Assembly: GCF_011386835.1 (NCBI RefSeq)
Contig: NC_088801.1
Coordinates: 49,228,001 to 49,292,000 of the forward strand
Source of the DNA: Chrysemys picta bellii
Taxonomy: Eukaryota
Direction: 5' to 3'
Length of the DNA: 64,000 nt
A model generated the notes under the pieces. It was not told the DNA's origin. It was given only the letters and a program-made list of their open reading frames with translations, and ran no database searches. Of the stretch, positions 1 to 13,250 are shown piece after piece (positions within the stretch are counted from its first letter, which is position 1; each line of letters opens with the position of its first letter). The position numbers and the translations under genes are program-made.

Positions 1-1536
1 TACCATGTTATGAGCTCTGAAGACTAAAGTCTCTAAATTGTGCATTATGGTCTAAGCATGGTTTTCTCTGTTTTAGAGGGAAGTTAAATCCAGTAGATCT
101 CAGCTCGAGAGGTGCAAAAGTGGAGAAAACCACCACTTCCCAGTGATCCTGCAGAAGGCCCTCTTATTACAGACTGGAGTTCCCAAAAAGAATTGGGGGC
201 ATTTGCTGGCTGGCAGTCTATGGGAGGATGGCTATGGGGGCATGGGAGGGGATTTATGGATTTGGTGGGGGGAAAACCCTCTATAATTTCTGAGGCAACA
301 TAATCTGCCCCCCCCAAAATAATTAGGAAGAAACTCAGTATATCTACCCACCTATTCGTGTTATTCCTCTGTAGGGGAACAAGGGTTTTTTAATTGTCCC
401 TAAGTAATGTGTGTCACTCTTGTTAACAATAGTGGGAATTAAATTAGAAGCATTTTGCATGTATATTCTGCATAACATACTGGCATTGGATCATAAATTG
501 GTAAATTCAAGACAAGAGTATAAGCTTTTTAAAATATATCTAGTATCCATTACCTGCAGTTATTTCTGGTGATTTATGACTTTGGACCCTAGCTCTTTGT
601 ATGGGCATTTTGCAAGCTCATTCCTCCTTGAAAGAGGGGATTAGCTATGAAGAATTGCAGAATTACCCTTTTAGAGAACCTGCTTAACAGGAGGTTTGGG
701 GGCTCTACCCACCAGTGGAGGGTCTCCACCAAACAGTCCAGTTGATCCAGGAAAAGCAAAGGACAGAGTACTAGAATGTATGGCTCTGATGTTCTCATTG
801 CTGTGATCTGCCAAGAATGGTCTCTAATGCACTGGCTCCTGTTGGCAATCTCTGCCATTCTCTGTGTTTTAGTGACACTGCACTTAAAGCTTCATTCTAA
901 ATGATTGTTTTAAATATGTAGTAAACTAGAAACTGAATATGTCTGAATAATTCCACCTCCCACTCTCTAGGATGCCATATCAGGTGAATGCCCAGTGAGG
1001 AGGTGGTGCTAACTGCTAAATGGATGATTAAAATAATCCCCTGAAGAGTGAATTCCTTCAAAATATCTCATTACTAAGTTCACAAGTATTTCTGTAGAAA
1101 AAAATGAAAATACCCCTTTCCCTACAGTGAGAGGCTAACTGTCCTTCTAACATGACAATTTAAGTTAATGTCCCAAGCATAACTGATTTTTCCTTCTAGT
1201 TATGCTTCAAGCTTCCTTGTTAATTAGCATATACTTGAAAGAGCAACAGCTAATTATCTGAATATCTTTATGTGTTATGGCTTAAGGAAGATTTTTTTCT
1301 CCAGTTCTTTTTTAGTTCCTCTGTCATGATTACATATACTTACTAAGTTGTTTGGGAGATGTGAGCAGAGATGCATGGCATTAGCTGATTTCTATTTATA
1401 AGTAAGAAACAAACAAAAAAATTTAAAGGACTGGGAACCTTCAAGTGCACTCATTGGTCCCATTGCAACACATGTACAACTTTTAGGCCCATGAGCAGTC
1501 CCAGCCAAGTTAATGGGACTATTCCAATGTTTAAAG

Positions 1537-2280
1537 TGAAGTGCAAAGTACTACATTTGGGAAGGAAAAATCAAATGCAAAATGGGGTATAACTGACAAG
1601 GCAACAGTGCTGCTGAGTGTACATAGCATTACAGTGGATCACAAATTGAATATGAGTCAACAATGTGATACAGTTGTGAAAAAGGTAAATACTATTCTGG
1701 GATGTATTAATGGAAGTGCCATATGTAAGACATGGGAGGTAATTGTTCCACTATACTCAGCACTAGTGAGGTCTTAGCTGGAGCACTGTGACTAGTTTTA
1801 GGCACTGCACATTAGAAAAGATGTGGACAAATTGGAGAGAGTCCAGAGGAGAGCAACAAAAATGATAAAAGGTTTAGAAAAAAATCACTTATGAGGAACG
1901 GTTAAGAAAACTGGGTATATTTAATCCTGAGGAAAGAGGATGGAAGGTGGACCTCATGATAGTCTTCAAATACGTTCAGAGCTGTTACAAAGAGGATGGC
2001 GATCAATTGTTCTCTATGTCCACTGAAGATAGGACAAGAAGGAATCTGCTTAATCTGCAGCAAGGGAGATTTAGGTGAGATATTAGGAAAATCTTTCTAA
2101 CTAAGGGAATTAAGCATTAGAATAGGCCCCAAAGGGACATTGTGGAATCTCCATCACTGGAGGTTTTTAAGAACAGGTTAGATCAACACCTGTCAGGGAT
2201 GTTCTAGGTATGCTTGATTCTGCCTCAGCAGGGGGGTTTGTGTGTCCCTTTCAGCCCTACATTGCTATGGTTCTATGATT
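1537..2280 (+). mobile_element. CR1 LINE 3' fragment (degenerate RT C-terminus and 3' UTR)
   Basis: Translates to CR1 RT motifs (VDHKLNMSQQCD, ILGCI, VPLYSALVR) with in-frame stops. Ends in TTCTATGATT, the CR1 terminal repeat. Confidence 0.85.
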
Positions 2281-2644
2281 TTTAGCCTATGTAATGGTCT
2301 AATAACGTTTGCTTTCTCTTTATAGATTCATAAATTTTAAGACCATAAAAGACCATTGTGATCATATTAGATAGTCTGACTCCTGCAACAGTGTAAGGCA
2401 TTGAATTTCACCTACTAATTGTTGCATCAGTTCAGTATCTTGTGGTTGAGTTTGAACATATTTTTTAAAAAGCATTCAATTTTAAGCTAAAGACTCCAAG
2501 TGATAGAGGATGTTAATTACGTTTCTGTTAAACATTTGCACCTTATTTCTACTCTGAATTTGTCTAGCTTTAGTTTCCAGACATTCTAGCTTGTTACAGC
2601 TTTGTTTGGTAGATTAAAGAGCCTTACATTTTACTCCCTGTCTA

Positions 2645-3373
2645 AAGCAACAGAGGGTCCTGTGGCACCTTTAAGACTAACAGAAGTATTGGGAGTATAA
2701 GCTTTCGTGGGTAAGAACCTCACTTCTTCAGATGCAAGTAATGGAAATTTCCAGAGGCAGGTATAAATCAGTATGGAGATAACGAGGTCAGTTCAATCAG
2801 GGAGGGTGAGGTGCTCTGCTAGCAGTTGAGGTGTGAACACCAAGGGAGGAGAAACTGCTTCTGTAGTTGGATAGCCATTCACAGTCTTTGTTTAATCCTG
2901 ATCTGATAGTGTCAAATTTGCAAATGAACTGGAGCTCAGTAGTTTCTCTTTGGAGTCTGGTCCTGAAGTTTTTTTGCTGTAAGATGGCTACCTTTACATC
3001 TGCTATTGTGTGGCCAGGGAGGTTGAAGTGTTCTACAGGTTTTTGTATATTGCCATTCCTGATATCGGACTTGTGTCCATTTATCCTTTTGAGTAGTGAC
3101 TGTCCAGTTTGGCCAATGTACATAGCAGAGGGGCATTGCTGGCACATGATGGCATATATAACATTGGTGGACGTGCAGGTGAATGAGCCGGTGATGTTGT
3201 AGCTGATCTGGTTAGGTCCTGTGATGGTGTTGCTGGTGTAGATATGTGGGCAGAGTTGGCATCGAGGTTTGTTGCATGGGTTGGTTCCTGAGTTAGAGTT
3301 GTTATGGTGCGATGCGTGGTTACTGGTGAGAATATGCTTAAGGTTGGCGGGTTGTCTGTGGGCGAGGACTGGG
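2645..3373 (-). mobile_element. Penelope-like element, 5'-truncated, encoding a GIY-YIG endonuclease C-terminal region plus pseudo-LTR
   Basis: Minus ORF contains CNKPRCQLCPHI and VIYAIMCQQCPSAMYIGQTGQSLLKRINGH...HFNLPGH...GLNKD (GIY-YIG with Cys/His motif). Flanked by 7-bp direct repeat ctgtcta (2638-2644 / 3374-3380). Confidence 0.9.
2695..2735 (-). ncRNA. Minimal type-I hammerhead ribozyme motif in Penelope-like pseudo-LTR
   Basis: Minus strand reads GCAT-CTGAAGA-A-GTGAG..CCCAC-GAAA-GCTT-ATAC: intact CUGAnGA/GAAA core, palindromic AGCT stem III, one mismatch each in stems I and II. Confidence 0.6.
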
Positions 3374-3921
3374 CTGTCTAGGTACTTATACATTGTGATC
3401 AGGTTTCCTTTTAAAGTCTCTTTTTGATAAACTAAAAAGATTGAGTTCCCTACGTTTTTCAATGTAAGGCATGTTAGCCAGTCCAATTCATTCCTGTGAC
3501 ACATCTTTGTACTCTTCCTAAATTTTCAACATCCTGTCTTCAATGTGAATACCAGAACTAGATACAGTATTCCAGAAGTGGACTCACCAGTACAGTATAG
3601 ATAAAGTATAATAACCTCCTTGTTCCTATTTGATATTTCCTTGCCCTATCGCCACAACATCACACTGGGAGCTTCTGTTCAGTTGGTTATCCAAAATGAA
3701 TCCTAAGCACTTGTCTGAGTCACTGCTTTCCGGGATATAGTCCCCTATCTTGTAAGTTTGGTCTTGCATTTGGCCATATTGAAACACATAATGTTAGATT
3801 GTGCCCAGCTAACCAAGCAATGCAGATCACTTCCTACCAGGGGCCTCTCTTTGTGAGTATTTTTCACCTGCTCAACCTTTTCTCATCTGCAAACTTTATC
3901 AGCAATGATTTACTTCCTATT

Positions 3922-4470
3922 AAAACAACAAGGAGTCTGGTGGCACCTTAAAGACTAACAGATTTATTTGGGCATAAGCTTTTGTGAGTTAAAACCTCAC
4001 TTCTTCGGATGCCACTCCCAGTCCCTATTCAAGCCCAGATTAATGGTGTTGAATTTGCAAATGAATTTTAGTTCTGCTGTTTCTCTTTGAAGTCTGTTTC
4101 TGAAGTTTTTTTGTTCAATGATAGTGACTTTTAAATCTGTAATAAAATGACCAGGGAGTGGCTGGCTCACTACAGAAGCAGCTTTTCCTCTCCTGGAATT
4201 GACACCTCCTCATCTATTATTGGGAGTGGACTACATCCACCCTGATTGAATTGGCCCTGTCAACACTGGTTCTCCACTTGTGAAGTAACTCCCTGCTCTC
4301 CATGTGTCAGTATATAATGCCTGCATCTGTAACTTTCACTCTATGCATCCGAAGAAGTGAGGTTTTAACTCACGAAAGCTTATGCCCAAATAAATCTGTT
4401 AGTCTTTAAGGTGCCACCAGACTCCTTGTTGTTTTTGTAGATACAGACTAACACGGCTACCCCCTGATAC
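3922..4470. mobile_element. Rearranged Penelope-like element with inverted terminal segments
   Basis: 3922-4012 is the reverse complement of 4345-4435 (90/91 nt). An internal reverse-strand GIY-YIG C-terminal remnant is present. 12-bp TSD ttacttcctatt (3910-3921 / 4471-4482). Confidence 0.85.
4345..4385 (+). ncRNA. Minimal hammerhead ribozyme motif (U4->C variant core)
   Basis: GCAT-CCGAAGA-A-GTGAG/CTCAC (5-bp stem II)-GAAA-GCTT-ATGC; stem I GCAT/ATGC. Confidence 0.55.
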
Positions 4471-4514
4471 TTACTTCCTATTGTTTGTCACGCTCTATTG
4501 CGTTTTGTTTAAAA

Positions 4515-4640
4515 TGAGATTTTAAGCTCTTGAGAGCAGGGATTGCATCTTCCTTTGTGTCTGTACAATGCCTAGTGCAAGGGAGCCCCAGGCCTAAGTG
4601 GATCTTTGAGTGCTGTTGCAATACAAATAAATAAATAACT
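4515..4640 (+). mobile_element. L2/MIR-type 3' tail remnant
   Basis: gattttaagctcttgagagcaggga...tgtacaatgcctagtgcaa...atacaaataaataaataa resembles the recalled L2-derived 3' end. Confidence 0.5.
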
Positions 4641-6531
4641 ATGAATAGTTCAAAAACTCACTATTTTGCGTAGTTCTATCATCCATCTTTGGTCCGCTAA
4701 AATATTAATCCTGCAAAAATGGAAAAGTCAATCCTCACAAATATTGATGCCCAGCTTGTTGATATGGCTGACCTCACAGCTAAGTACCAGCTGGCATCCT
4801 GCAGAAAAGGAATGCCTGAAAAATTCAAAGCAATTGGAGCTGACCTTTTAGTGGTCTGTGATTAACATGGACCCTGAGGATAGATATGCCGCTTGCCCTA
4901 CCCTCCCTTTATACTAACCCTCTTTATTTACTTTGTGGATTATGGTGAATCTGGTATTTTGGTATATGTCTTGTATTTGGAAAAATTAATAAAAATTATA
5001 AGGAAAAAACCCTTTACTCTTTCATACATAAACTTAAACTTTAGCAGCCAAGAAGTTATCACTTCCCACCCAGCAGTTAGGTAAACACTCCTCCAGTAAC
5101 TCTAATAAATACCTAGCAGGTAACTTCTGCTGCATTGTTTGGATTAAATAACAATACAAGTACATCTCTTTTATTCACTCTTCATGCACCCCTCCTCCAA
5201 TATTGCCTAAGTACATATTTAATAATCATGTCTCTCCATCCTATAGCAGTCTGCGTTTGAGATTTACCCATTCTGAAATGAGTATCTTCAGCAACTAATT
5301 TTCTGTGACAATTACATTAGATGGATCGGATCAGCCTGCAAGCTCCATGTGGCTGCTAGCTATTTTTCAGCTTTTTTTCTGTTGACTAGCAGCCATTTTT
5401 ATTAGTTTGATGTAATTCCCCGAAACAAAACACTTATCTTAAAATGGTAAAACATGAGTAAAGGCTTACACATGAAAATGAAAATATTCAGCCAACCAGA
5501 ATGCTGCTGTGAGGTCGTCATCCTCATCTGCTGCTCCAGTCATTGCACTGTCTTCCTTGAGTCCCTTTAGTAGCTACTCTTGCTTTGTCCACACCTCTGC
5601 TCATGCTTACATCTTTGTTACCATTTTATCTCACTCCCCCGCTCTATCAGCCCATGACTCCAACCTAACTGATTTCTTTGAACTCCTTTGAACCCTTTCG
5701 TAAGAGTGGGCATTCAGGGCTTCCCATTACATATGTGACTAATTTAAAATTGTTGTTTGTTTTTAGCAATAGACAACCTTAATTCTGGCATTTCCTTACT
5801 TTTGTGTGCTTGCCTTTGCAACCTTAATAAAGTTGATTTAACATAGGTATTTGGGTGTATTTTTGTCTAACTTGAGGATGGAAGTATAATGTTTACTTTC
5901 TATTTATTACATTATCTTAACCAAACTTAAGCCACTAAATAATTACCTAAATCTTTGAGCTTTCAGCCTTTTATGAACAAATTGTTTAGGGTTGAAAAAT
6001 AAACCAAGTCCCCAATCCTAAAATGTACATTAGGTGAGCTATTTTTGAAGTGAGTGTGGCTCTGATGTGTTGGAAATTGCAGGATCGGGGCCAAAGTTTG
6101 TTAATGTTTAGCACCACTAATTGTATTGAGGAAAAAGGTTGTGTTAGAACTAGGCTTAACAGGATAGAAACAAGGTACAAGCTCAGTGCAACACAATGCC
6201 TAAAAGGCTCTCAAAAATTGTTTTATCTTGGTTGTATCAGTAGAGAGAGGCCAAGGACAGTGGTGATAACTAAGAGTTCTGTGTACAGGACGCCAATAAT
6301 ATCAAATTTCAAATTTAGTTTTCACTATGTCTGCTACTTTTAACTTTCTGCAACTATTTCCTTAGAGTTCAAAGGCTCCTAATTATGCTCCAGATAATAT
6401 ACTCTAGAGTACATATTATTGTGTAACATGAAAATAAAGTTCATCTTTGACATTTCCTTGAAAAGTTTTTTTATGTGATGTGCTATCCTGGAGGGGTCTT
6501 CATGAAATTTTAAACTCTTTTGCCCTTACAG

Positions 6532-6630
6532 ATAATCAGAAAAAGTCTCCTGAGATCTACACAGCTCATGTAGAGGGACGTGGAGCTACAGCTATGAAAA
6601 TTAAATGGCCAAAGAAATCAAAACAACCAG
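6532..6630 (+). CDS. Candidate upstream coding exon of the HYR-module gene: (D)NQKKSPEIYTAHVEGRGATAMKIKWPKKSKQP
   Basis: Strong acceptor ctcttttgcccttacag|, donor CAG|gtaata, 99 nt, open in phase 1-1 like all downstream exons. Splicing to 15259 restores the canonical HYR Asp (G+AT). No homology evidence. Confidence 0.55.
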
Positions 6631-8473
6631 GTAATATTTCCTTTTGACTGAACAACTTTACTTAAAAAGTGATAGACATTGGACAAAAGCAGACTATTTT
6701 TTTTTAATCCACAAACTTTATGGTCCAGATCATCATCTGGTGTAAATTGGTTGACTTCAAAGGAGCTACACAGATCTAAACCAGCTGTGAAGCTGGTGAT
6801 GATTCAGATAAATTAGATCCTGGATCCTAAACACTTCTGATTGTAGTTTTGCAAAATCAAATTCCAATCAATGAGGTTTGGCACTCTGATGTAAAACCCA
6901 GCCTCATCCCCCCTCATCCAGTAAATGAATCAACTTAAAAGCATTTTTGTTTCAAACTTTTTTTTTTTCTTCCTGGGAGTTTGGAGTACATATTTTGGGT
7001 TAGTTGTGGTTGAACATCAGGACTAACATGGAGATTGTAAAATCCAGGCTTAAGCCTATACTTGTGCTTGGACAGTTTGATTCATTTAAAAAAAATGCTT
7101 TTCAGTTTGCATCCTAAATACCTTGAGTTGGAATGCATGATGTGAAAATGAAGTTCTGTTGATTTACATAAAATATTATGAAATAATTTTAAATAATAAA
7201 ATAATTGTCATTGTCATGCAAATAAATATAAGATAATAAGAGAGGGGTTTTTAAAAGGGCCTAAATGATTTAGGAACACAAGTTCCACTGACTTTCAACT
7301 TCCTCAATGTCATTGAGATATGTGCTTTTAAATACCTTAGGCACTTTTGAAAATCTTCCCCAGGTGGCAACAACAACAATCCAACTGCAATTGAAGTCAA
7401 GACATATAGTGAAGCTCAAATTTAGGGTAAATGTGATAAGCTTTGTGAAAGTTTTTTAAATTTATTTACACAGGGTAAGAGGATGCCTCAGTTTTCTGTA
7501 CAGTGGGATTGTTTATTTTGGTATCTAGAATAATTGATATTAGTTCTTGTAGATTTAAATATTAAAATCTAGTCACCTCTGAAATTGATCTGTCCATGTT
7601 TATTGCTGTGTTATACAATGGGAAGGTTACTGTATTATTTCAGCTGGGAGATAACTCTCCTGACCCTTCTCATGTTCCTCTTCTGAACTGCAACACATAC
7701 ATGCATATATACTTGGGATCAATCTTGTATTGTTCTGGGGCTTGTGGGTGAAAAGTGAATAGCACACAGAGACCCTTCATCATGCGCAGGATCCTTCCAC
7801 GTGCACGATATGTGCTAGCTAGATGTACTCGACTAACATCATTCTATACACAACATACCCAAAAGCAGAATGGTGTGCAGGTGAGTAACATGTCCAGTCT
7901 CCCAAGTCTATAAATCTTAATCATGAGGATGTTGCATAGGATGTCTGTAGAAAAGAAATGTTTGAGTCTTAATTGTGTGTTTTAACCAGTGCCACACTGG
8001 TGATCGCTGGTAACTGGTGGATCACCATGTTGTTTCTGCTCATATGAGAGGCAAAGTGTTCCCCGTAGCTCACAACGTGTTGGCTCTTTGTCTGCAGTCT
8101 AGAAAAATGACAAAAATCTTACTTAACACTGCTGATAACTTGGAGCTGTGATATTAATCAAAATCACTTCAAAGGCAACCATGTCTTTATTTAATAGACA
8201 TAGTGACATAGCTATGAAGCATGTTTTTTTTAAGTGATAAAATACGCGAATAGCCTTTGTATTCATATGGGATATTTACAATACGGTCACTGCAAATGTA
8301 AAATACATAATATCCAAGTTTATTTCATATGATTTTATCATTCAAATTAACCCAGGACCTCATTAACAACTAGGGTCATGTGAATTGGTTCAGTTGCCTC
8401 AGAAGTCACAATCACGTCTCAGCAGGAGCTGAACATAAGGCACTGTTGCCTACCCTGGCCATTTTATTATAAG

Positions 8474-8551
8474 TCCTGCAATATTTTGGTGGTGTTCTTG
8501 AAGCCCCAGCTGCTGCAATCAAGAAGCCGTATGAAAATCTTTTAAAAAATA
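8474..8551 (+). CDS. Possible additional phase 1-1 exon: (V)LQYFGGVLEAPAAAIKKPYENLLKN
   Basis: Donor ATA|gtaagt is a good match; acceptor ccattttattataag| is weaker. 78 nt, open in phase 1-1. Confidence 0.35.
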
Positions 8552-11383
8552 GTAAGTTTCTCTCCATCATGCTTGAGGAGAAGAGCTTTAAAAACGAAGC
8601 CAATTGTAGCCTAGAGGTTCAGGAAGGCAAATAAAAAGAACCCCCCCAAATTGTTTATTTTTAATAAACCTCATGATATTTGAATGCTGGGGTTGACGAT
8701 ACTTGATAAAGCGTAATCCAAAATAGTAATCCTCTAAATATGGTGCTGGATGAGCTTTGCTATTTTGGAATTCAATATTTCACAGTGATGCTTGTGTTTA
8801 ATTCAGATGTTCTGAACCTGTACATTTTGGACCCAACTGTGTAATCCTTACTGTGCTGAGGAACAATTATTCAAGAAAATAGCTGCATTGTCACTGGAGC
8901 CAATGGGATTAATAATTTTAGGAAGTACTCACCAATGAGTTCCAAAATTGTGCCCTCTGGCTTTTTCCAGCGAGTGGCTGCATGGCTCTCTCATCTTTTG
9001 GCTACAGAATATTGTTGTTTTTTTGTTGATTTGCCAGTTAGCGGAAAAGTACTAACCCAAAGCAATTTATGTAAGAAGTAAACAGGGAAATGTTAAGAAA
9101 ACAAAAATGTTTGTGAAAGTGCCAAACTAAGCTTAGCTTTGAAAATGATCTTGTAGTATGAAGAAATAAAGATGAGTGTAATTGGCCTATGCACTACCAG
9201 GCAAGAAATGATACCAAATGATTAGCTGTAATTTTTCTTTCCTAAATGAACTCCCAAGTTCTTTGATGAACATAGCAGAGGAAATTACCACAAGTATCAT
9301 TCAAAACCAACAGATGTCCAAGATCAGAGGTGATTCATTCTCATGTTGTTGAGGATATCATTTGTCACCAGTCATTCAGCTAGATATTCATCACCAAACT
9401 TCTTCCCTGAAGTAAAGTTAGATAAATTGGATCAAGAAAACAGTGGAAATGTTGTGCAATTGTGTGCCTGTTAGGGATTTTCTTTGTTGGCACGTATTGA
9501 GTGTGTGTGTGCGTGTGTGTCTGAATCTGGATGGAGGAAAATAAAGAGTAATTCTTATATAACATTTCCTTCCATAGTTCTCAAAGATTTTTACAGTGTG
9601 GGTAAGTATCATTGTCCTCATATTATAGAAGAGGAAACTAAAGGCAAATTAAATAGAAAATCTTGGATCGTGGAACAAAGGCACCTGTTCTGTCCATACC
9701 AGTGAAACTGCTATAATCATGTAAGGATCATTTCCCTGGCTAGATTTAAAGGCCAGCCTTACCATATTTAAACTTGCACTGCCCTTAGTATTGTTGATCG
9801 CTCTCCCCTTCTCTTCATCTTACTAGAGCTACTTGAATATTTTCCAACAAAACTTGAGGAGCTGGAGCTGGCTCTCTGGGGTAGGGAGCCTGCCAGCCAC
9901 ACAGTACTCCAGCTAGAGCCTGGCCTCTGTTGGTAGGTAGGATCCCCAGAAGACAGACTGACAGCCCCCAAAACCCCAGCTGGAGCTAGATCTCTTGGCA
10001 CTGGTAGGTTCCCTGCTCCACCAGCCCTGGAATCTGGATGCCTTGAAGTCCCCAGCCAGGGGCATTCTTCATGGAGAGGCTGCCCCAGAGCCATGGATGC
10101 TGAGAGCTGGTCCTAGGATTTCCAGATTCCCAACTCTGTGGCAAGGACCTTGGAAATCCTGAGAGCCCCATCTCAAGCTAGGAGCCTAACAGCCCCGAGA
10201 GCCATTTTCAGAAGTGACTTTGGCACTTAGGAGTCTCCACTTTCGAGACAGAGGCTCCAAAGTGCCTCCTAAAGTACTTTTGAAAATGGGACTTTGGCTC
10301 CTGAGTCACTTAGGTGTCTTTTGAAAATTTTACTCAATGACAGGTGGATGAATCCAAAATATGGCAATGTCAATTATTATTTTTATGTGACGTCTATTCT
10401 CTTGTTTGAAAAGGCCCTGAAAGGCACTGATCAGAGTTAATGAAAAAGGGTTCTCCTTCCTTAGAGTAACAGTGTGAGGAGAGGAGAGTGTTGAACCTCA
10501 ATGCACATTTTATGTTGCTCAGCCTCAAAGAACTCTTCTGGACCCTATTAACAAAATGCTGAGGTGGCCTGAGTCTCTTTTGAAATGAATAGGTGTAGTT
10601 TGGATGGGATTATTTTTTGCCGAAATGACAGCAGAAATCAAGTGTATGTAACAAAGAAAGATAATGAGTCTCAGAGATAAACTATGAGATTTGAGAAGTG
10701 TCTATTTTTCACATAACAGGTCTGTTATGAAAATCATAATTCACAAGGTACCCTTGAAACTGTGTTTTTACAGCTTAGTTTGGTCTTCTAATCTCTCTGT
10801 CAACTGGCTCCCACTAGATTTATATCTGATATCAAATACAGTCCTAAATTAAGATGAAAAATTCAGAGGTAAAATATTCAGTTATCTGATGATGAGACAA
10901 ATCCAGGTCAAAATGAAGGAATGGGAAAAACAACTTAGATCCAGTGCCTTCTGACAAATACAAGTACTGGTCTGCTAACACAGCAGCATGAAATCAGTGC
11001 TTTGTGCTTTACAACTATTCATGTTTGCCTTTAAAAACGGTCTTTAAGTTTGTTAAAAATTTTAAGCTAAAATTAAGGATGTTTTGCTTCTTTATGGGTC
11101 CATGAAGATTTGATTTCTCTGCCCCAATTGCTGGTGGTGAAAACTTTCATTCACTAAATTCTACCAGAACTGTCCTTCAAAGCCATAATATTTAAATGTG
11201 ATTTCAGAAAACAACCTTTGCAAATAGACTACATTCACAATATTATTACAATATGTATGGTTGCTCTTTAGGATGTAGCCAATTCATGTTGAAATTCAGA
11301 GAAAAAATTCTGAATTGCAATATAGCAACTTTTCCTGGTCAGTGGAGTATCAAGTTAAAATTTATATTAACTTCTCTTTACCT

Positions 11384-11652
11384 CAGTGTTTCTCAAATTG
11401 GGGAATTTGTGTAGGGAAAGCCCCTGGGGGGCCGGGCCGGTTTGTTTACCTGTCCCGTCTGCAGGTCCAGCTGATCGCGGGCGGCTCCAACTGGCCACAC
11501 ACGGTTCGCAGCCCCCATTGACCCGGAGCACTGAACCGCGGCCAGTGGGAGCCGCGATCGACCGGACTTGCGGATGGGGCATGTAAACAAAGTGGCCCGC
11601 CCCGCCCGGGGCTTTCCCTACACAAGTGGCAACCCCAGTTTGAGAAACACTG
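11384..11652. mobile_element. hAT (Charlie-like) MITE
   Basis: 14-bp TIR cagtgtttctcaaa / tttgagaaacactg, internally palindromic and GC-rich. 8-bp flanks ctttacct / cttaaact (6/8 match). Confidence 0.8.
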
Positions 11653-12589
11653 CTTAAACTAAACCTGTATGTTAAGAAAAGTACACCTAAAATACTTGAA
11701 AATATGTACGAAATCTAAAAACCTGTGGCTGAAATTTCTACAGGCCAGAATCTACCACCATGACATTAAGTGGTACCTTAGTGCACTAGTCCCACTGAAA
11801 GCAATGGGATTACTTGCAGAGTAAGTCCCCAGTCCTGCATTATGAGCCTGCATGGAAAAGCACCAGTGAAATCAATGGGATTCTGCCCTCAGAATCACAA
11901 GGCTTGGAGCTTAAGACACTACATGGTATTGGGAAGGCTCTGTCAGTAGCCCTAGACAATGTACAGCTTTTGCGGGATCTTTTTTCTAAATGAATACATC
12001 CTCTTTTCACATGTACTATGATGGATTTGACACAGGTATATTTAGGATTAGATGGGCGTTTTGGGTGGTAGGATGAAGGGCACAAATATAAAACAAATCT
12101 AAACACAGGGATGAATTCTGTGCTGATTCAAACCCCATGTCAATCAATGGGGCAACAGAGGATGTAAATCAGTGCAACATTTGGCCCAAGGCCTTTCAGA
12201 ACATTTTTCCTGAACATTTCAACAACAAACTATTTTTGCACAGACGCTATACACTGGAGAAAGCTATTTTTGAGGTGATTCATATCCTGATGTTCATAAA
12301 TAATGTGATCATTTCTGCATTCAAATGTGAAACATTTCCACTGGGTCTAGAAGAAAAAATCCACAGCATAGTGTACCTGTCCTAAAATATAGTCATGGTT
12401 ACATGATTGAGCAATCAAACATGATTACACTCTGATAGAGAACACTCAATGGTTAGTTTTACACAGTCGTTTAAGGCCTTATTGTTGAAGTTGTTCACTG
12501 CCTAATGTAGTAGAGCTACTTACCACTACGGTGCTGGCATTGTATTATATTATAGCTGCTGGTTTCACAGAATGAATTGCTAGAATCTG

Positions 12590-13250
12590 GCCCTCATGAT
12601 TTCACATTTTGATTACTGTAATGTCTCCCTTTCTGGCCTCCCTAACAATCACACTCCTGTTCATACAAAACATAGCAGCTAAGATCTTTTACCTTGCCCA
12701 TCACTCTGACCACATCTTTCCTGCCCCACCTTATGAATCTTCCATCTGACTCCCTGTTTTCCATCACAAGTTTAAATATCTTGTCTTCAAAGCCATTTAC
12801 AACGTGTCCCTACTTTACTTTTATATCCTTGGCTCTAACCATGTTTTCCCCCTCTGTTCAGTGAAGATCCTAGCCCTGCATGGCCATTAGTTTGCTATTC
12901 TCACAAATGTCTCCATTTTGCCTTCTACACACGGAACATCTCCCTCAGGGAATCATCTTGCTTCCTCTCATCTTGCAAATCCTTGCTTCTGACCCTCTTC
13001 TGTCTTGGGAGCTACAAGATATCAACCAACTACAGATGAACTAGGATGAACAACAATCAAGGATAGCTGATTGTACTTATTTGTTTATCATCTATTATAC
13101 TCTATGTTGCAGCTTGTTTCTGATTAGATTGTAAGCTCCCTGGAGCAGAGACAATGTATTCTTCTGTGTTTATACAGCATCTACCACCATGTTGTCCTAA
13201 ACCTACATGGGGCTGTTAAGTGTTACCAAAATAAAAACAAATAGTGATAT
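12590..13250 (+). mobile_element. L2 LINE 3' remnant
   Basis: Translates ALMISHFDYCNVSLSGLP (L2 RT C-terminal ..SRLDYCNSLL.GLP motif). Followed by the typical tail gattagattgtaagctccctggagcag...aaaataaaaacaaata. Confidence 0.7.

Larger units (their letters stand above)
2321..3910 (-). mobile_element. Older CR1 fragment, interrupted by a Penelope-like insertion at 2645-3373
   Basis: Starts with reverse CR1 3' end (TATAGATTCATA...). CR1-like sequence resumes at 3381 (ggtacttatacattgtgatc...catctgcaaactttatcagc). Boundaries are approximate. Confidence 0.7.

Noticed and set aside
5347-5385. ATG-initiated MWLLAIFQLFFC resembling a signal peptide for the HYR gene
   Set aside because: Stops after 12 codons with no donor site; it coincides with a small hairpin (tggctgctag/ctagcagcca).
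8800-8850. CSEPVHFGPNC as an EGF-like exon
   Set aside because: The frame does not fit phase 1 at the nearby AG, and it runs into a stop.
9038-9070. 33-nt phase 1-1 candidate exon (SGKVLTQSNL)
   Set aside because: Too short to distinguish from chance, and it would replace the canonical HYR Asp with Tyr.
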